Part shown: one piece after another, positions 63,670-64,000 of the stretch
How the letters are laid out: the number at the start of each line of letters is the position of its first letter
Position numbering within the stretch: position 1 is the stretch's first letter
NCBI GenBank assembly: GCA_022605425.2
Contig: CM061254.1
Coordinates: forward strand, 558,001-622,000
Direction: 5' to 3'
From: Hamiltosporidium tvaerminnensis FI-OER-3-3
Lineage: Eukaryota > Fungi > Microsporidia
DNA length: 64,000 bases
Notes under the pieces: generated by a model
The model's database searches: none
The model's input: the letters and a program-made list of their open reading frames with translations, nothing else
What the model was told of the DNA's origin: nothing
Program-made: the position numbers and the translations under genes

Positions 63670-64000
63670 AGTTACTTCCCGGATGAGAGTGAAGGCGAAT
63701 TGAGCATTGGGCTAATGGTTCTACCTTGGAAAACACTTACGTGGTATAGAATATTTAAAAATCTTTAAGATAACAGGACTAACTAAAACAGAAAATTTAC
63801 TAAAAAAGAAACAAAGCCAAAGGCAGCAAAAGTTTAAAAATAAACTAAAAATTGCGAACTGGAATGTGGGAATTCTCATGAGGCAGAAACTCTAAAAGTT
63901 TGTTTATATTCGATTAGAACTCTGAGACAAACAACATTCTTTTAAGGGAAAAAATTAAATATTTTACGGTTAAATAACGAATGAAAAATCTGTAGATTAA
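63670..64000 (+). mobile_element. 5' part of another RTE-like LINE relic
   Basis: UTR-like TTGAGCATTGGGCTAATGGTTCTACCTTGGAAAA followed by the APE start motif KIANWNV (~63850). Runs to the window edge. Confidence 0.4.

Overview
Very AT-rich eukaryotic DNA. It is inferred to be from a large-genome microsporidian (Hamiltosporidium-like), based on CCC motifs just before start codons, a 22-nt spliceosomal intron, an eRF3 lacking its N-terminal region, and an expanded family of LRR-like genes and pseudogenes. A core-gene island at about 17.4-33 kb holds LAG1-type ceramide synthase (spliced), eRF3, VTC4, GINS Psf2, Trm9 and phosphoacetylglucosamine mutase. It is surrounded by mobile elements and decayed genes: a DD34E Tc1/IS630-type transposon with TIRs, a Ginger-like TIR integrase element, a near-intact R4/Dong-type RLE non-LTR retrotransposon, degenerate RTE-type LINEs with a short non-autonomous derivative, and a possible pPolB (Polinton/Maverick-type) relic. 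Four observations stand out. (1) Nearly every expanded low-complexity tract in the gene island, intergenic or in-frame inside proteins, runs G-rich then C-rich and contains telomere-like words. (2) A ~680-nt GC-elevated non-coding island at 8.9-9.6 kb has many possible helices and snRNA-like motifs. (3) The RLE retrotransposon ends with a copy of its own upstream CCC promoter motif. (4) Inverted satellite arrays bracket TRM9. All calls are from reading the sequence by eye; no searches were run.
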